Positions 11,401 to 20,649 of a DNA stretch of 64,000 bases are shown here, piece by piece. The DNA is from a virus. The stretch lies in IMG/VR virus record IMGVR_UViG_3300013006_000018; one strand, written 5' to 3'. The first letter of the stretch is position 1. Each line of letters begins with the position of its first letter. A model generated the notes under the pieces. That model did not search any database. It saw only the letters and a program-made list of their open reading frames with translations, and was not told where the DNA came from. Both the position numbers and the translations under genes were made by a program.

Positions 11401-14400
11401 AATGGTCTTTATCTGTGTTGGTTGCAAATGGCTGAGATCTGGCGCTCCATTAGAACCTGAGTAACCTCCAAAATATAAACCTTGGCAACGATACTCAGGA
11501 TAACCTGCACTTAATCCGGTATACTCGAAAGTGAACCCCGATATCTTACATGCAGAAAGGTTTGTTCCAGCCCGTAATATTGCCGCTCTATTAGTTATAC
11601 TTAAGCCATTATTAGGACGGTATTGCTGGCTAGCATCATTTACCAGTCGTGTATTATTACCATTAAAGTTAAGTTCAAATTTAAAAGCTGAAGATGGATA
11701 AAATCCAACTAGCAAGAAGGCACCAGGAAGATTTGTTTGTGAGTAAGTTGGTACTTGGCTTTCTGGCCAGATAGCAGGATTGCTGCTCATGCGGGCAAAC
11801 ATAGTATAACTGTTTGCATAAGAGCTAGAAAGATAGTAAGTCTTGTTACTAAAATTAATATCCTTAACATTATTTAAAGTGGCGAAGTCAATAGCAGCTT
11901 GAATAGCTGGTTGATCATCATTTACACCGTCACCTACAGCACCAAACTGTTCTGGTGTTAAATTAACCGTTATCCATCTACCAGGATTAGCTACGTTAAT
12001 TACCTGGGGTTTTATGGCAGTGACGCCATTATCTACAGCCATACTGCTACTATTATATATGTACTGTCCGATATTTGTTATAACAGCACCCAGCCCATTG
12101 TAAAGATACCCGGAGGGGTTACCGTTATTATTACCATACTGACGTAATCGGGCAACACTATCAAATCCATGCAACACATTGCCTGTAGCCGTAGCTGTAT
12201 CATATGCTCTATCCCCAAAGCCGTCATACACCCAAGACGTAGCACTGGGCACAGACATGTATGTGTGATTATTGCGGTGTATTGATCTAGCTAAAGACGG
12301 AGTACCATAGTTTGTGTTTTGTGTGATAAATGCTACTGGTGAATATCCCTTAGCTGCATTGTATGGGACTAAATTTTCATCGCAATTAAAATACACTTGT
12401 GGAAAGGAACTAGCCACATGAGATACAGTATTTCCATTTATGTCGGTCCACAGATTATATCTATTATTTTGTATTAGACCTGCACTCAGTGAAATCGATA
12501 TTCCAGATGTAATATAATTACGCACTATACCCGGTACAGAGTAATCTTGCTTGACAGGGTAATACGGGTCCTGATTATAATAATAAAAGTCGTTATCTTC
12601 TATTAGCCAATCGGAATGTACATCTGCAATACTACCGGCACAGTAGATCATACTTGATCCGCTGAATTTGTTGCCCTTTATGTGGTGATTACCTCCGTCG
12701 GCACGAATACAAGGATCATGAGATAACCGCGTGGCTCCTGCAGCAGCTCGGGCTGAGACATAACACAATCCCGTTTCAAACACATTATCTATAACCTCTG
12801 AATGAACCCCTAATCTGTGCATCATGTCATAAGGTACGAGGAATCTACTAGCACCGCTCAAATGCTGGCCAGCAGGCATAGTATTCCAATTGGCCCAATC
12901 TCCTCCACCATCAATACCGCTCACCCGTGTCATGTTACAGGTGTAATATTGAAGCGTATCTTTATTGTAACTGTTGATTTGATAAATGCCTCCATCCCTA
13001 CCATTATCACCGCCTCCAGACCAATTGATAGCTACATATTGACCTGGAGTCATCCCTACTTCAGGTATGGACGTGAGTACATCAAAACTAGTTCTAGAAG
13101 TTGGGGTATCCATAGGTAACTTAACAGTTATAGTACCGCCCACCACGGGCATAGTTATGTCTTGATAATTCGCAGGTCCAAGATGAAGACTTGTGACAGA
13201 AGTGCCCAGATACAGAGATTCCACCCACAAACGGGTCAGGGTATTGCGGGCAATGTTATTCTTAATACCCGTGAAGAATATGAAACCATCCTTAGGTAAT
13301 CCGTTAGGACTGTTTACAGGCATGTAAGTAGATCCTTCTACAAAATTATCTAATACATTTAATTCATAAGTGTCATTACTCATAAAGACAATTTGACTAC
13401 CGCCACGTTCATCTGCACTATCACTCCCTTTGGGATAAAGGAACTGACAATTGTTAATATTAGCTACACGGGTACCACTGCCTGGATACATAGAGGTACC
13501 CATATTAATAGCTCGATGACAGTTGTTAAAGGTACAGCTGTCTATATCAACGAGATCTCTGTTAACAGGATAGGGAGCTGGAACACCCCACTCCCCGGTA
13601 CCATTAGTACCTGCCACCTCTACTCCGATGCGGAAGTCCTGACCTACAAGTTCACCATCCCACAAGAGCGTTATGTTCTTTAAGCGGAATGTAGAGCACT
13701 GCTCTCTCACTGTGATTATTGTTTGCCGGCTCGCGCTTGAGCTTACGAAATTACTACCGCCCCATACCTTCTGCGAGTTTATATTGCTAGCACATAACAC
13801 AGTACCTGCAGTACCTAGCAAAGCAATATTAGCTCGACGGTTAGGTACATCAGGCCAATAACCTACATTTAATCTTGGTGCTACGTAAAATTGTTGATTA
13901 TATCCAGCATATCGCTTTACATTAGGATATGCTGTAGTATCTTTGGCACCAGCAAAAGCAGACAAGAAATATGTTTTTGCAGAAAATATAATCGCAGAAA
14001 TTGAGTTTACCGTACAGTAATCGATAGCAGCTTGGATGGCGGGAGCATCATCATTTATACCGTTACCTAAGGCACCAAACTGCTCAGGTGTTATGCCTTG
14101 TGGTGTAGGTGTTACCGTTGGTGTTCTTGTAATCGTTGGAGTAACAGCCGGCGTCGTGGTGACAGTAGAGGTAGGTGTAGCAACGGGTGTTCCTGTAGCT
14201 GTGGGGGTAACAGCCTGAGTCGTCGTGACAGTGGGTGTGAGTGTAGCAATAGGGGTACCTGTAGTTGTAGGAGTGATGGCCAAAGTCTTGGTGACAGTGG
14301 GGGTTGGTGTCGAAGTTACTCCTGCTGTCTGAGTTGGTGTAGAGGTTACACTTGGTGTCGCAGTTGGTGTGATCGTATTTGTAGGTGTGATTGTAGTTGT

Positions 14401-14628
14401 CGGCGTGACAGAAGAAGTAATAGACGGCGTGGATGTAACTGTTGGTGTAACTGTTGGTGTCTGTGTATTTGTCGGGGTGGGTTCAATGCTAGATGCTGCA
14501 TCTTGACTGCCTCCACCTCCTCGTTGCAGGACGTTTTGTACAGAAAGATAGTTGGAAGCTCTTAACCGCTTCTCTCTATCTAACTCCAGCTTTGTCTTAC
14601 CTAGTTGTAATTGTCTTTTAATAGCCAT
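5455..14628 (-). CDS. giant 3057-aa protein: N-terminal motif + T/P stalk + four tandem tailspike-like beta-helix modules
   Basis: Four (T)PE.FGA.G.G..DD.PAIQAAI-type starts; LP(K/I)DGF, VE.(L/M)Y and H.P.IR in each module; each module ends in a D(D/N)G..(I/V)(K/R)P..I....GRW-type domain. Confidence 0.85.
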   Translation of the reverse strand: MAIKRQLQLGKTKLELDREKRLRASNYLSVQNVLQRGGGGSQDAASSIEPTPTNTQTPTVTPTVTSTPSITSSVTPTTTITPTNTITPTATPSVTSTPTQTAGVTSTPTPTVTKTLAITPTTTGTPIATLTPTVTTTQAVTPTATGTPVATPTSTVTTTPAVTPTITRTPTVTPTPQGITPEQFGALGNGINDDAPAIQAAIDYCTVNSISAIIFSAKTYFLSAFAGAKDTTAYPNVKRYAGYNQQFYVAPRLNVGYWPDVPNRRANIALLGTAGTVLCASNINSQKVWGGSNFVSSSASRQTIITVREQCSTFRLKNITLLWDGELVGQDFRIGVEVAGTNGTGEWGVPAPYPVNRDLVDIDSCTFNNCHRAINMGTSMYPGSGTRVANINNCQFLYPKGSDSADERGGSQIVFMSNDTYELNVLDNFVEGSTYMPVNSPNGLPKDGFIFFTGIKNNIARNTLTRLWVESLYLGTSVTSLHLGPANYQDITMPVVGGTITVKLPMDTPTSRTSFDVLTSIPEVGMTPGQYVAINWSGGGDNGRDGGIYQINSYNKDTLQYYTCNMTRVSGIDGGGDWANWNTMPAGQHLSGASRFLVPYDMMHRLGVHSEVIDNVFETGLCYVSARAAAGATRLSHDPCIRADGGNHHIKGNKFSGSSMIYCAGSIADVHSDWLIEDNDFYYYNQDPYYPVKQDYSVPGIVRNYITSGISISLSAGLIQNNRYNLWTDINGNTVSHVASSFPQVYFNCDENLVPYNAAKGYSPVAFITQNTNYGTPSLARSIHRNNHTYMSVPSATSWVYDGFGDRAYDTATATGNVLHGFDSVARLRQYGNNNGNPSGYLYNGLGAVITNIGQYIYNSSSMAVDNGVTAIKPQVINVANPGRWITVNLTPEQFGAVGDGVNDDQPAIQAAIDFATLNNVKDINFSNKTYYLSSSYANSYTMFARMSSNPAIWPESQVPTYSQTNLPGAFLLVGFYPSSAFKFELNFNGNNTRLVNDASQQYRPNNGLSITNRAAILRAGTNLSACKISGFTFEYTGLSAGYPEYRCQGLYFGGYSGSNGAPDLSHLQPTQIKTIEVSDNIFINCHSAVMGAAYTLVEQGGPEAVIIKDNKFYYPRGGDTGADNMSPGNAGGTILTFSQGSQVQTLSVINNFAEGTSVIPVSSTSGLPKDGFIFSSPNNTYVQGNTCTRFSVESMYLGSDKTLSYYGSAVKVPAVGATLNVQFPPLNYSNWSDATWRMATNYWCTPGKYVTIQGPDNGGRRWSIGTYRINSVNLTTIPGSMNVTRLSGIYESSAWANQETYAVGTTQQTSFINLFAPTLLFGTTHTVKDNHFLPSYCLSGVNLPRLIELAHNPAIRADNGNSIIQGNKFYGSSTVILHTQNPSDPYKKDIIRDNDFYIYNQVPVRPLSSIGSTSPVYTYQTQSLAIANSGYEVYNNNFNLWVDDQGNTTNTVNNSYPQIYINCDGDANLTPYNPAAGYTPVYYSAVGGYGTRNQYAKVYNNNTYITNALSATLYAGIYQDQQEGRPGTNTVTNNSVYLNAVDSIATLRNVYTPLLVGKRSTPDGTEQTTLSASHVQITVTGIGTYSFNAVATVADDGSSYIKPNRINSSNAGRWVLSGTAITPELFGAMGNGVHDDTPAIQAAINYCATNNIETIVFSAKTYTLSSVSYRIGGEPNVYYPITFLYVGAGAIPSDIWAGPSAFSPPPQLCSNHVKLTLKGAGAGLTRLIALSGTNGVNQWRGVTGYNYQTSMITLHEKVSAFKIYDMTLERQLSAVAGYHFNRNNIINATTNWGGGNRGPYGTHSGDDMRTEMIQFTGVNFIDGHSAFQIIRSWRPYGVRQFSVKSCNFYYPNGSNTYFTGGGAPMFNIGSEVENAEYVDCYWEGAPSTHPVNSPNYLPKDGFSNYSGKNSLFSNCTGTNTWVETLYVGWSPTVHFGSATTPLVKPVVGGSLTFSVYPVASSYFLNEYHVNDIIVPEKQSAFATPVGLGFYRINTITDVSYPNPNLNLRDYQITCTRVSGTDIDDPVGYLNKDMITLSAGQSYSGSYSLVKANCDRTNNVTVSVIDCKFIGGDIHIPETFANTNYGGVSSFAFHQPAIRLLNGRATIKNNTFDRVGTAYVSNNEFSNYTSCDIQNNKFIIQDVQTRWTPAYAAEKPYNNSSIQIDGNGDNVSNNVFTFWDGGVVSGGLVFNNIGYPSATTPYYTGVIFNAFGIGYNQRILNNVFSINIPLSAYIVLPLYSQMGSNAESAHCVVPKNYCFPLQTQRNNIIKYTNVDALTTLRAISWYAGGYPDSYSTRIATYILSAYLNGYYSPNDGGEGWFVFDRTSTAVDDSGAIIRPTSISVGSSGRWIRQFNGYANVEMWGAKGNRADFNDASAIQKAIDYCSDYGPVNLKLSAKTYNLSSYNNTRIGNGTGSGGNVYRYLRTLLAVGWYPSNKGYNEDTRINLTLQGMGSEMTVLCTFTPFGGNNVGHSTVINICEQVNSVKIHDLQIIRRDPNYSETYGVLASTREGITVSSNYPYVPPPLKDLNTQLISITGCTFDNCHRVLTVNRDYILKGIKKLEFNYNTLLHPFGSDSGDPRGGSQMTYWGREVESSEVIGNYCEGNTGPMPPNCANQLPIDGFLFYTGGDCLVKDNYISKVGVEGLYLNAPSYGAFLGNGWSTNSVPLSVPPIGKQVFVKIETNFTPETFVRYLSVNKVWPGEIVQHAEGRTSDPIPGNNAASSGFYTIDSILTGSSYPFTVYMTRVSSIPGDSDKFANWVELYGSNDPSDPTNPFKKTLSSPTTWFSGGFIRNISTMYSRASAINNTFAFGAVSGSSIHPDHISHRPCIRTDSGYSLISANKFYAGVYISNLLDVYRSADIIDNDFYVYGENPPIANNKFGRTLYYSTSGGAVKNNRFWFWVDENETLTNTISTWWPDNYNIREYGAVALNYGEGALLGRNQKFIDNTLYLTNSLCARAITPYLWRSPDIYGDNGFVDTLGFTVSGNVLRPITPVIVNTITDLRNYLKYTDFLLVNAAGRNYIYNKYSLANDDGTLVVKPSNISLSLSGRWLLQPN

Positions 14629-14744
14629 GATGGGTATCTTGTTTAAGATAAACAGTATCTCTACATATTACTTCTGTGTCAAATACGACTATCATACAAA
14701 ACTGCAATGACATGAAAATATTTAATAAAACTACATTAATAGAA

Positions 14745-14750
14745 TAAATA
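14745..14750 (+). promoter_or_regulatory. T4-like late promoter TAAATA, 5 nt before ATG (representative of >12 copies)
   Basis: TAAATA-N5-start also precedes 16561, 16820, 31352, 34137, 35612, 37534, 40945, 59229 (+) and 33421, 34091, 45260 (-). Confidence 0.75.
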
Positions 14751-14755
14751 ATTCT

Positions 14756-16531
14756 ATGGCAAATAAGAATTTTGCGCAGTTTCCTGCATATGGAATAACG
14801 TCAAATGGAATGCCTGTTAACGGCGCGGGACAATGGCTAGTAGGCTATAATGAGAGCACTGGTGGAGAAGTTAAAACCCAAGTTCGAGATTTGTTTACAA
14901 ACTTGTATCTAACTTCCGGTATTAATATGTCTTTTGATAACGGTAATGTTCCCGGTATTGCTAAAAATTTACTTATGGGCACCAATGCCGTGTTCCATCC
15001 TGACAATAGAGTACCTTCAAACAATGGTGGTATGTTCACTAATATAGTATTTGCAAGTTACTCTGTTGTGTCCGGCCAAGGCGGTATTCTACTTGGCAAC
15101 GCTCATACTTATTTCACAGGCGTACAGGATCCCAACCAACAATATTATGCAAGAATGAATAATCTTCTTCTAGGTAATGGTGTATCATTAAGTGCAAACA
15201 CTGGTCCTTGGGGTAGTATTTTTGCAGGCGGTAACAGCACGTACAAAATGCTTGATACAAAGAATCAACTTCTAAATTGGGGTAGCCCTATATTTGCCAA
15301 CGGTGTTGCTAATCTCATAAACGTTTTAAGCAGCACCAAACCCTATGTGGGTCAAGTGAATAATGGTAATCAACTTTCAGCTTATCATGCTGCACAGGGT
15401 TGCCCGATTTATCAAGGCGGCAACAATAACGAAATTCATTCCTCTGCTGAAGGTGGCTATATATGCAACGGTTTCAGTACTCCTGGCCCGTCTGACCAAT
15501 ATTCGGGTATCTTCCAGGTGGGCTGGGGAAGTAAGATATATGGGGCTAATTCAGGCATCGCGCAATTCTTTACAGCAGCTAGTACTATAAGTGGACAGTC
15601 CGGTAACTGTTTTCAATTCGGTGGTTACGGGAATATGATAGTTGAGAGTGAGGCGGTATATCAAATGGGGGGAAATAATAATTATATTTGTAATGCCGGT
15701 AATTGTGGCCGGGGCGGTACCATTAATTCGGGGTATGGTAATAAGATTGGTAATGTTGTACATAAAGCGCCGAACGGTACGGTATCACGGTGCCAAAATA
15801 CTTGCGGAAGTTTATTGAATGTAGGCGCAAATAATATTCTTTCTATTGATGACGGTGTTGTTGTGGGTAACAGTAATGATATATGGGCAACAAACACAGT
15901 TTTATTTGGGAATAACAATAAGATCGGTATGTGTTATTGGAGAGATAATTCCATAACTAATTCCGGGTCCCCAGGAGTTATATTTGGTAATAATCATTGC
16001 GTGGCAGGTAATTACGAAAATTACCGTGACTCAGGCCCGTACTTCGAAACAACAGATCTTAACACAACTATTGGAATGGGTATTTCAGCTTCCAGAAGTT
16101 GCGCAACAACAATTATAGGTACGAGCGGTACTTACGACTATATAGCGGGGGGACTTATATTCGGTCACGGGCACAATATACAAGGTGGGCTCGGGAGACC
16201 TATAGTAATGGGGTCCAATGTAAAGTGTGTAATAACTGACGGACAACCGATTAATGACGCGTTTGTTGTTGCTTTAGATAGAGAGAATATCAAGAGAGGT
16301 TCTTATACCCAATTAAAGAGGTCCGAACAGTTCCTTCTATCTGCTCGTGGGGGTACATTCATACCTGGTAAAGTCGGTATTGGCATTGATACAATGACAA
16401 CGGCAACTTCTGCTGCTCTGCATGTCAATGCATCTGGTAATATTATCTTTTCCAATCTTCCTACCTCAAACACCGGTTTACCTACTGGTTCTCTATGGAA
16501 TAATGGTGGGGTGTTGAGTGTGGCTCCGTAA
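14756..16531 (+). CDS. Gly/Asn-rich fibre-like virion protein
   Basis: N-terminal KNFAQF..WLVGY..E motif shared with 23404; G-x-x-N repeats; C-terminal LPTS...G.LWNNGGVLSV motif common in phage fibres. Confidence 0.7.
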   Translation: MANKNFAQFPAYGITSNGMPVNGAGQWLVGYNESTGGEVKTQVRDLFTNLYLTSGINMSFDNGNVPGIAKNLLMGTNAVFHPDNRVPSNNGGMFTNIVFASYSVVSGQGGILLGNAHTYFTGVQDPNQQYYARMNNLLLGNGVSLSANTGPWGSIFAGGNSTYKMLDTKNQLLNWGSPIFANGVANLINVLSSTKPYVGQVNNGNQLSAYHAAQGCPIYQGGNNNEIHSSAEGGYICNGFSTPGPSDQYSGIFQVGWGSKIYGANSGIAQFFTAASTISGQSGNCFQFGGYGNMIVESEAVYQMGGNNNYICNAGNCGRGGTINSGYGNKIGNVVHKAPNGTVSRCQNTCGSLLNVGANNILSIDDGVVVGNSNDIWATNTVLFGNNNKIGMCYWRDNSITNSGSPGVIFGNNHCVAGNYENYRDSGPYFETTDLNTTIGMGISASRSCATTIIGTSGTYDYIAGGLIFGHGHNIQGGLGRPIVMGSNVKCVITDGQPINDAFVVALDRENIKRGSYTQLKRSEQFLLSARGGTFIPGKVGIGIDTMTTATSAALHVNASGNIIFSNLPTSNTGLPTGSLWNNGGVLSVAP

Positions 16532-16560
16532 AAAATCACTCCGTTTAACTAAATAATTGT

Positions 16561-16815
16561 ATGAAGATTAGTTGTGTCAGCCTTAAGGCTATGCTCTATG
16601 TATCGATTGCTTCCTTCGCCGCTCTTATAGCTGACCTTGGAACAAAAAGAAGTTTTAGTGAATTCACTGATATTGATATGGCTATTATCTGTATCAATTT
16701 TGTTCTTCAAGGTCTCATTGCATGGAGAGCATATCTAGATCAGTCTGTTTCAAGAAGTAGACAAGAGAGAAATCAAAAAGAAAAAGTAGAACTTTTAAAC
16801 GAATATCGTAAATAA
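16561..16815 (+). CDS. putative holin (two hydrophobic helices, charged C-tail)
   Basis: Two TM-like segments, highly charged C-terminus, first gene of the endolysin-containing cluster. Confidence 0.5.
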   Translation: MKISCVSLKAMLYVSIASFAALIADLGTKRSFSEFTDIDMAIICINFVLQGLIAWRAYLDQSVSRSRQERNQKEKVELLNEYRK

Positions 16816-16819
16816 TTTC

Positions 16820-17269
16820 ATGAATAAACTACTGTTTTGTCTAGCTCTCCCTTTGATTATGATTGGCTGCGCAACAACTCCGTCTGGTGGTGGAAAAGAT
16901 TCACCACAAACTGCCGTTGAAAGCGCACTGCCCTATATTGCTCCTGCTGTTACACTTGCTTGTACAGTAGTTCTAGAACAGGCTCTTACACCAGAAGATA
17001 AAGTAGAAAAAGCTAAAATGATTAATCATGTAGCTGCTATTGTTGAAAGCCTAACAAGCGGTACCGCACCCTCTCCGGATCAACTTAAAAAGGCTCTAAC
17101 CGATTATCTACCTGTCGAAAAAACTCATTGGGTTAATTATGTAACAGCCGTAAAAGATATTTACGCGGCGCAATTTACAAGAGTTGATGGTAACACAAAA
17201 CTTGCAGTTGATGTGCTCCATGCTATTGCAAAGGGCTGTAAAGACGCCACCGAGCAATACGTAAACTAA
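16820..17269 (+). CDS. lipoprotein, unknown function (lysis cluster)
   Basis: Signal peptide with lipobox-like LIMIG-C. Confidence 0.65.
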   Translation: MNKLLFCLALPLIMIGCATTPSGGGKDSPQTAVESALPYIAPAVTLACTVVLEQALTPEDKVEKAKMINHVAAIVESLTSGTAPSPDQLKKALTDYLPVEKTHWVNYVTAVKDIYAAQFTRVDGNTKLAVDVLHAIAKGCKDATEQYVN

Positions 17270-17463
17270 TGGGCAGCTTAGTTACAGCCATCTTCAGTGC
17301 CATAAATGGTATCTTTACGGCTATTAACAATGTTTTCGGACACAAGAATGCTCCAGAAATGAAGGAAAGAGATAAAGCACAAAAAGAAACAAACTATCAA
17401 AGTGACATTGAACAAGCTTTGAAGGAAAAAGATATTGAAAAAGTTAGAAATACTCTTAGCTAG
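17269..17463 (+). CDS. small membrane-anchored protein, possible inner spanin component
   Basis: Amphipathic/hydrophobic N-terminus, charged helical tail; overlaps the downstream lipoprotein gene. Confidence 0.4.
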   Translation: MGSLVTAIFSAINGIFTAINNVFGHKNAPEMKERDKAQKETNYQSDIEQALKEKDIEKVRNTLS

Positions 17464-17857
17464 TATCTTTTGCATAGCTCTAACTAGCTGTACAACTGTC
17501 ACACCAGACAAGATTCAAGATAACGTTGCTTCATACGACAGCTCAACACCTGCACAGTACAATAAACATAACGGCGGTGTTATCGGGTTGCTTGAAGATG
17601 GTATTATTATAACCAAAAGCTCCAGAGACAAGTACAACAATTTGATCGAGATGTATAAGATCAAGTTAAAGAAAGATAAAGCGGTAGAGCTTCAAAAAGA
17701 TGCTGGCATCAAGGCTTTTAAAGACAAATTTAACAACGAGCTATATATCCTAGATAATGAACATGCCGTTTATTTTGCACTTATGAATTCTTGGTTAAGA
17801 GAGAAAGTCTCTCAAGATTCTATCATTGATAAAGCGGTTGACAGAATTAACAACTAA
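17435..17857 (+). CDS. lipoprotein, possible outer spanin
   Basis: Lipobox ALTS-C; start overlaps the previous ORF by 29 bp in another frame. Confidence 0.5.
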   Translation: MKKLEILLASIFCIALTSCTTVTPDKIQDNVASYDSSTPAQYNKHNGGVIGLLEDGIIITKSSRDKYNNLIEMYKIKLKKDKAVELQKDAGIKAFKDKFNNELYILDNEHAVYFALMNSWLREKVSQDSIIDKAVDRINN

Positions 17858-18306
17858 TGGTGCAGGAGATTATAACTTGGGCTCAAGTAGAGCATATATG
17901 CCTTGATGTTAGTCCTAAGCTTAAAAAACCTGATGCTATTATAGCTATAGGCAGAGGCGGCTTTGTGCCTGCTGCGATTCTTTCTAATCGCTTGGATGTA
18001 AGAATGGTTGTTAATTACGGCACCCAAAGTTATTTCGATAAAGAGCAAGCGTCTATTAGAGTCACACAGCGACCTGATTTGAGCTTCCTTACAGAATATA
18101 AAGACAAAAATATTTTAATTGTAGATGACATATCTGATAAAGGGCATACGTTGAAACATATTGTAAATTATTTCAAACAATACGGGTTTAATAACTTAGA
18201 GACATTTACACTGTTTACTAAAACAGGTACCGCATATGTACCTAACTGGTATTCAAAAGAATATGCTAAAGATGTATGGTTAGTATTTCCTTGGGAGAGT
18301 AAATGA
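17857..18306 (+). CDS. type I phosphoribosyltransferase (xanthine/hypoxanthine-guanine PRT-like)
   Basis: IAIGRGG, PRPP-binding ILIVDDISDKGHTL, C-terminal WLVFPWE. Confidence 0.85.
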   Translation: MVQEIITWAQVEHICLDVSPKLKKPDAIIAIGRGGFVPAAILSNRLDVRMVVNYGTQSYFDKEQASIRVTQRPDLSFLTEYKDKNILIVDDISDKGHTLKHIVNYFKQYGFNNLETFTLFTKTGTAYVPNWYSKEYAKDVWLVFPWESK

Positions 18307-18803
18307 GCGATCGTTTCAAGAAAGCCATTGTATTCGTCTTAGATGCTGAAGGGGGTTATACCAATGACCCTGTTGATCCAGGTGGTGAAACAAATTTTGG
18401 AATTGATAAAAGAAGTCATCCAAACATTGATATTAAGAATCTCACAAAAGAATTAGCCATTGACATCTACTTCAACGAATACTGGACAAAATTTGGATGT
18501 GATAGATTTACGTGGCCTGTTGATTTGGTTTATTTTGACTGTTGTGTGAATACAGGTCAAAAACAGGCTAATAAATTGTTACAGCGTGCTGTTAATACAG
18601 AAGTAGACGGTGTTATAGGACCTAAGACATTAAAGGCTGTCAGTGAGTCTGACCCTGTAAGTCTTGCAGATAAAATGATAGCTAAACGGCAGGCATTCTA
18701 TGAGTCTTTAGCAAAGCAAAAACCCAGTCTGAAGAAGTTTCTAAAAGGCTGGTCAAATAGAAATAGTAACTTAAAAGCGTTTATAAAAAAAGCCGGTTTT
18801 TGA
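18303..18803 (+). CDS. endolysin, glycoside hydrolase family 108 with peptidoglycan-binding domain
   Basis: EGGYTNDPVDPGGETNFGI, LQRA...DGVIGPKTL, F.KGW.NR. Confidence 0.92.
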   Translation: MSDRFKKAIVFVLDAEGGYTNDPVDPGGETNFGIDKRSHPNIDIKNLTKELAIDIYFNEYWTKFGCDRFTWPVDLVYFDCCVNTGQKQANKLLQRAVNTEVDGVIGPKTLKAVSESDPVSLADKMIAKRQAFYESLAKQKPSLKKFLKGWSNRNSNLKAFIKKAGF

Positions 18804-18815
18804 TAAGGAACCGGC
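18792..18815. terminator. hairpin between convergent genes (probable terminator)
   Basis: GCCGGTT...AACCGGC inverted repeat flanked by A tracts. Confidence 0.5.
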
Positions 18816-18831
18816 AAACCTTCAATCAGAA

Positions 18832-19158
18832 CTACTCTGATTTAGAACCCCATTTTCCGTTGAAGCTAAGTGCCTTTTTCAAGAACTCAGCTGAAATTGG
18901 AGCATTGTAGTCAGTAACACCGAGTATCTGGCGAGTCTCCTCAACCGTCTTACCAGCGCGAAGATGTTTTAGTGCTTCGCGGCTAATGTAATGCTTGAGA
19001 TAGTTCTCAACAGAGCTGGCTTTACCAGCTTTGGACTCCAAATACGCCCTGTTAGTCAGGCGTGATTTACCAGTAATGATACAAGTTAAACGAGGAGTAA
19101 CATTCTCCCGTGTGCTTGTAGCAGTCTTGGCTGTTGTATCAGTAGAAGTTGCGTTCAT
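18832..19158 (-). CDS. hypothetical basic protein, paralogue of 31776..32315
   Basis: CIITGK..SVE...HYISREA.K.L motif; strong SD AAGGAGGT upstream. Confidence 0.8.
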   Translation of the reverse strand: MNATSTDTTAKTATSTRENVTPRLTCIITGKSRLTNRAYLESKAGKASSVENYLKHYISREALKHLRAGKTVEETRQILGVTDYNAPISAEFLKKALSFNGKWGSKSE

Positions 19159-19321
19159 AAATTACCTCCTTTCTTCGCTGTTAATTTTAAAATGCATCAG
19201 AGGCTGATGCGGTTGTTTACTCTTATCACCAACCCATTGTAGGTGATAGAAGGCCTATTGCAAGAAAAATTCATTCTTTTTGTAAATCTTTTTAACATTT
19301 TTATATTTTTATATAAAAAAA

Positions 19322-19394
19322 TGGCCCAGGTGGGATTCGAACCCACACTTGAGCGATTTTAAGTCGCTTGCCTCTGCCGTTGGGCTACAGGGCC
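19322..19394 (-). tRNA. tRNA-Leu(UAA), short variable loop
   Basis: Cloverleaf GGCCCTG...AGCGA-CTTAAAA-TCGCT-CAAGT-GTGGG-TTCGAAT-CCCAC. Confidence 0.9.
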
Positions 19395-19397
19395 GAA

Positions 19398-19529
19398 TCA
19401 TTTGTATTTGAAAATCTTCTTACCTTTTTTCGTAGCAAAAGGCTTTTGGGTGGATGACCAATTTATGTCATCAAAATTATTTTTAAACTTCTTACTAAAG
19501 CAATTTCTGGGTTTGGAACCTTTACTCAT
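19398..19529 (-). CDS. small basic hypothetical protein (MSKGSKPRNCFSKKFKNNFDDINW..., 43 aa; not in ORF track)
   Basis: TACAAT-N6-ATG leaderless start, open to TGA at 19398. Confidence 0.55.
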   Translation of the reverse strand: MSKGSKPRNCFSKKFKNNFDDINWSSTQKPFATKKGKKIFKYK

Positions 19530-19584
19530 TGCTCTATTGTATGAAATAGAAGAATGAAAATCCAGAATTGGTTATAAATATTAA

Positions 19585-19656
19585 TGGGTCGTGTAGGATT
19601 TGAACCTACAACCTACTCCTTAAAAGGGAGCAGCTCTACCATTGAGCTAACGACCC
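19585..19656 (-). tRNA. tRNA-Lys(UUU)
   Basis: GGGTCGT acceptor, GCTCC-CTTTTAA-GGAGT anticodon arm, TTCAAAT T-loop. Confidence 0.93.
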
Positions 19657-19697
19657 GAAATTGTTGATATATTTTTGTATATAATAAGTATTAATGA

Positions 19698-20084
19698 TTG
19701 AAAGCCGGGCTCAGTAACCGTCAAATCGGAGCAATAGGGGTATTTAATACCGTACAAGCATTGTTCCGAAATGGATACAACGTGCTTGCCCCTTTAGAGG
19801 ATTTCACCGGATACGACCTTGTTACAGAGAAGAATGGTGTTTTTAAGAGACTTCAGGTTAAAACAACGTCCAAAATTCAAAAAACCGAAACCAAATATCG
19901 CTTTACTCTTGCGTGTGGAAGTGGTAAAAAAGTTCCCTATAAACATAAAAATATAGATTATATCGTTTGTTATGCAGCCGATATTAATAAGTTTTGGTTA
20001 CTTAAAACAAAGGACTGTAAGGTTATAACACAAAAATTAAGCGGTAAAACAGGGTCGGACTGGACTATATTTAAGAACATATAA
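19698..20084 (+). CDS. free-standing PD-(D/E)XK homing-type endonuclease (I-Ssp6803I/PDDEXK_5-like)
   Basis: GYNVLAP.ED..GYDLV.EKNG..KRLQVKT...IDYIVCY; sits between two tRNA genes on the opposite strand. Confidence 0.8.
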   Translation: MKAGLSNRQIGAIGVFNTVQALFRNGYNVLAPLEDFTGYDLVTEKNGVFKRLQVKTTSKIQKTETKYRFTLACGSGKKVPYKHKNIDYIVCYAADINKFWLLKTKDCKVITQKLSGKTGSDWTIFKNI

Positions 20085-20085
20085 G

Positions 20086-20158
20086 TGGGCGTACTAGGAT
20101 TTGAACCTAGGACCAAGGCATTATGAGTGCCCTGCTCTAACCGCTGAGCTATACGCCC
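20086..20158 (-). tRNA. tRNA(CAU), probably Ile2 (lysidine type) rather than elongator Met
   Basis: GGGCGTA acceptor with C4:G69, U12:A23, CTCATAA loop. Confidence 0.85.
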
Positions 20159-20159
20159 T

Positions 20160-20474
20160 CTAATTTTTACTAATAGCATCCACATAAGCTATACATGCTT
20201 TCATAGCTTCGTCAAGACTCTTGTACTTTTCTAAAGTTTGGATCACTTCGGTAAATTCGGCCACATTAGCACCATTAACCCGCGGGATATAATCATCCTT
20301 GTCCCTTCTTACCGTTAAATAGCATGTCTTATAATCACTATATGTCCATAAAGTATTGTTTGCTTCAACCCAACTATTGTTATATTTGAATCTTTTTATC
20401 TGTTTGTTTGTTGGTTTGCTCTTACGCTGCATACCATTAGAGTTGTAGTTGATAAAACGCTCTAAATTGTCCAT
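20160..20474 (-). CDS. hypothetical protein
   Basis: 104-aa ORF with TTGATT-17-TATAAC promoter 5 nt before ATG. Confidence 0.7.
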   Translation of the reverse strand: MDNLERFINYNSNGMQRKSKPTNKQIKRFKYNNSWVEANNTLWTYSDYKTCYLTVRRDKDDYIPRVNGANVAEFTEVIQTLEKYKSLDEAMKACIAYVDAISKN

Positions 20475-20508
20475 ACCTTGTTATAGGTGAAATTTGAATG
20501 AAAATCAA

Positions 20509-20598
20509 TACCTCCGGTAGGATTCGAACCTACATTGCGCTCAAATCTAGAGCTTCACGAGTATAAGTCGTGGGTCTTAACCATTAGACGACGGAGGC
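20509..20598 (-). tRNA. tRNA with UAU anticodon (nominal Ile) and 22-nt variable arm
   Basis: GCCTCCG/CGGAGGT-A acceptor, GTCT/AGAC D stem, CACGA-CTTATAC-TCGTG, V-arm hairpin GCTC-TAGATTT-GAGC, GTAGG-TTCGAAT-CCTAC. Confidence 0.88.
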
Positions 20599-20649
20599 TA
20601 AATAATAGAAAATATAGGGTTTTTGCTTACGCAGGGTAACCCTAAACCT

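Noticed and set aside
5455-14628. Diversity-generating retroelement acting on fibre modules
   Set aside because: No reverse transcriptase in the window, and no near-identical template/variable repeat pair differing only at adenines was noticed.
20509-20598. Intron or 8/4-9/3 allo-tRNA/tRNA-Sec explanation for the long tRNA(UAU)
   Set aside because: The extra 22 nt lie in the variable region as a hairpin, and the acceptor/T stems are a normal 7/5.
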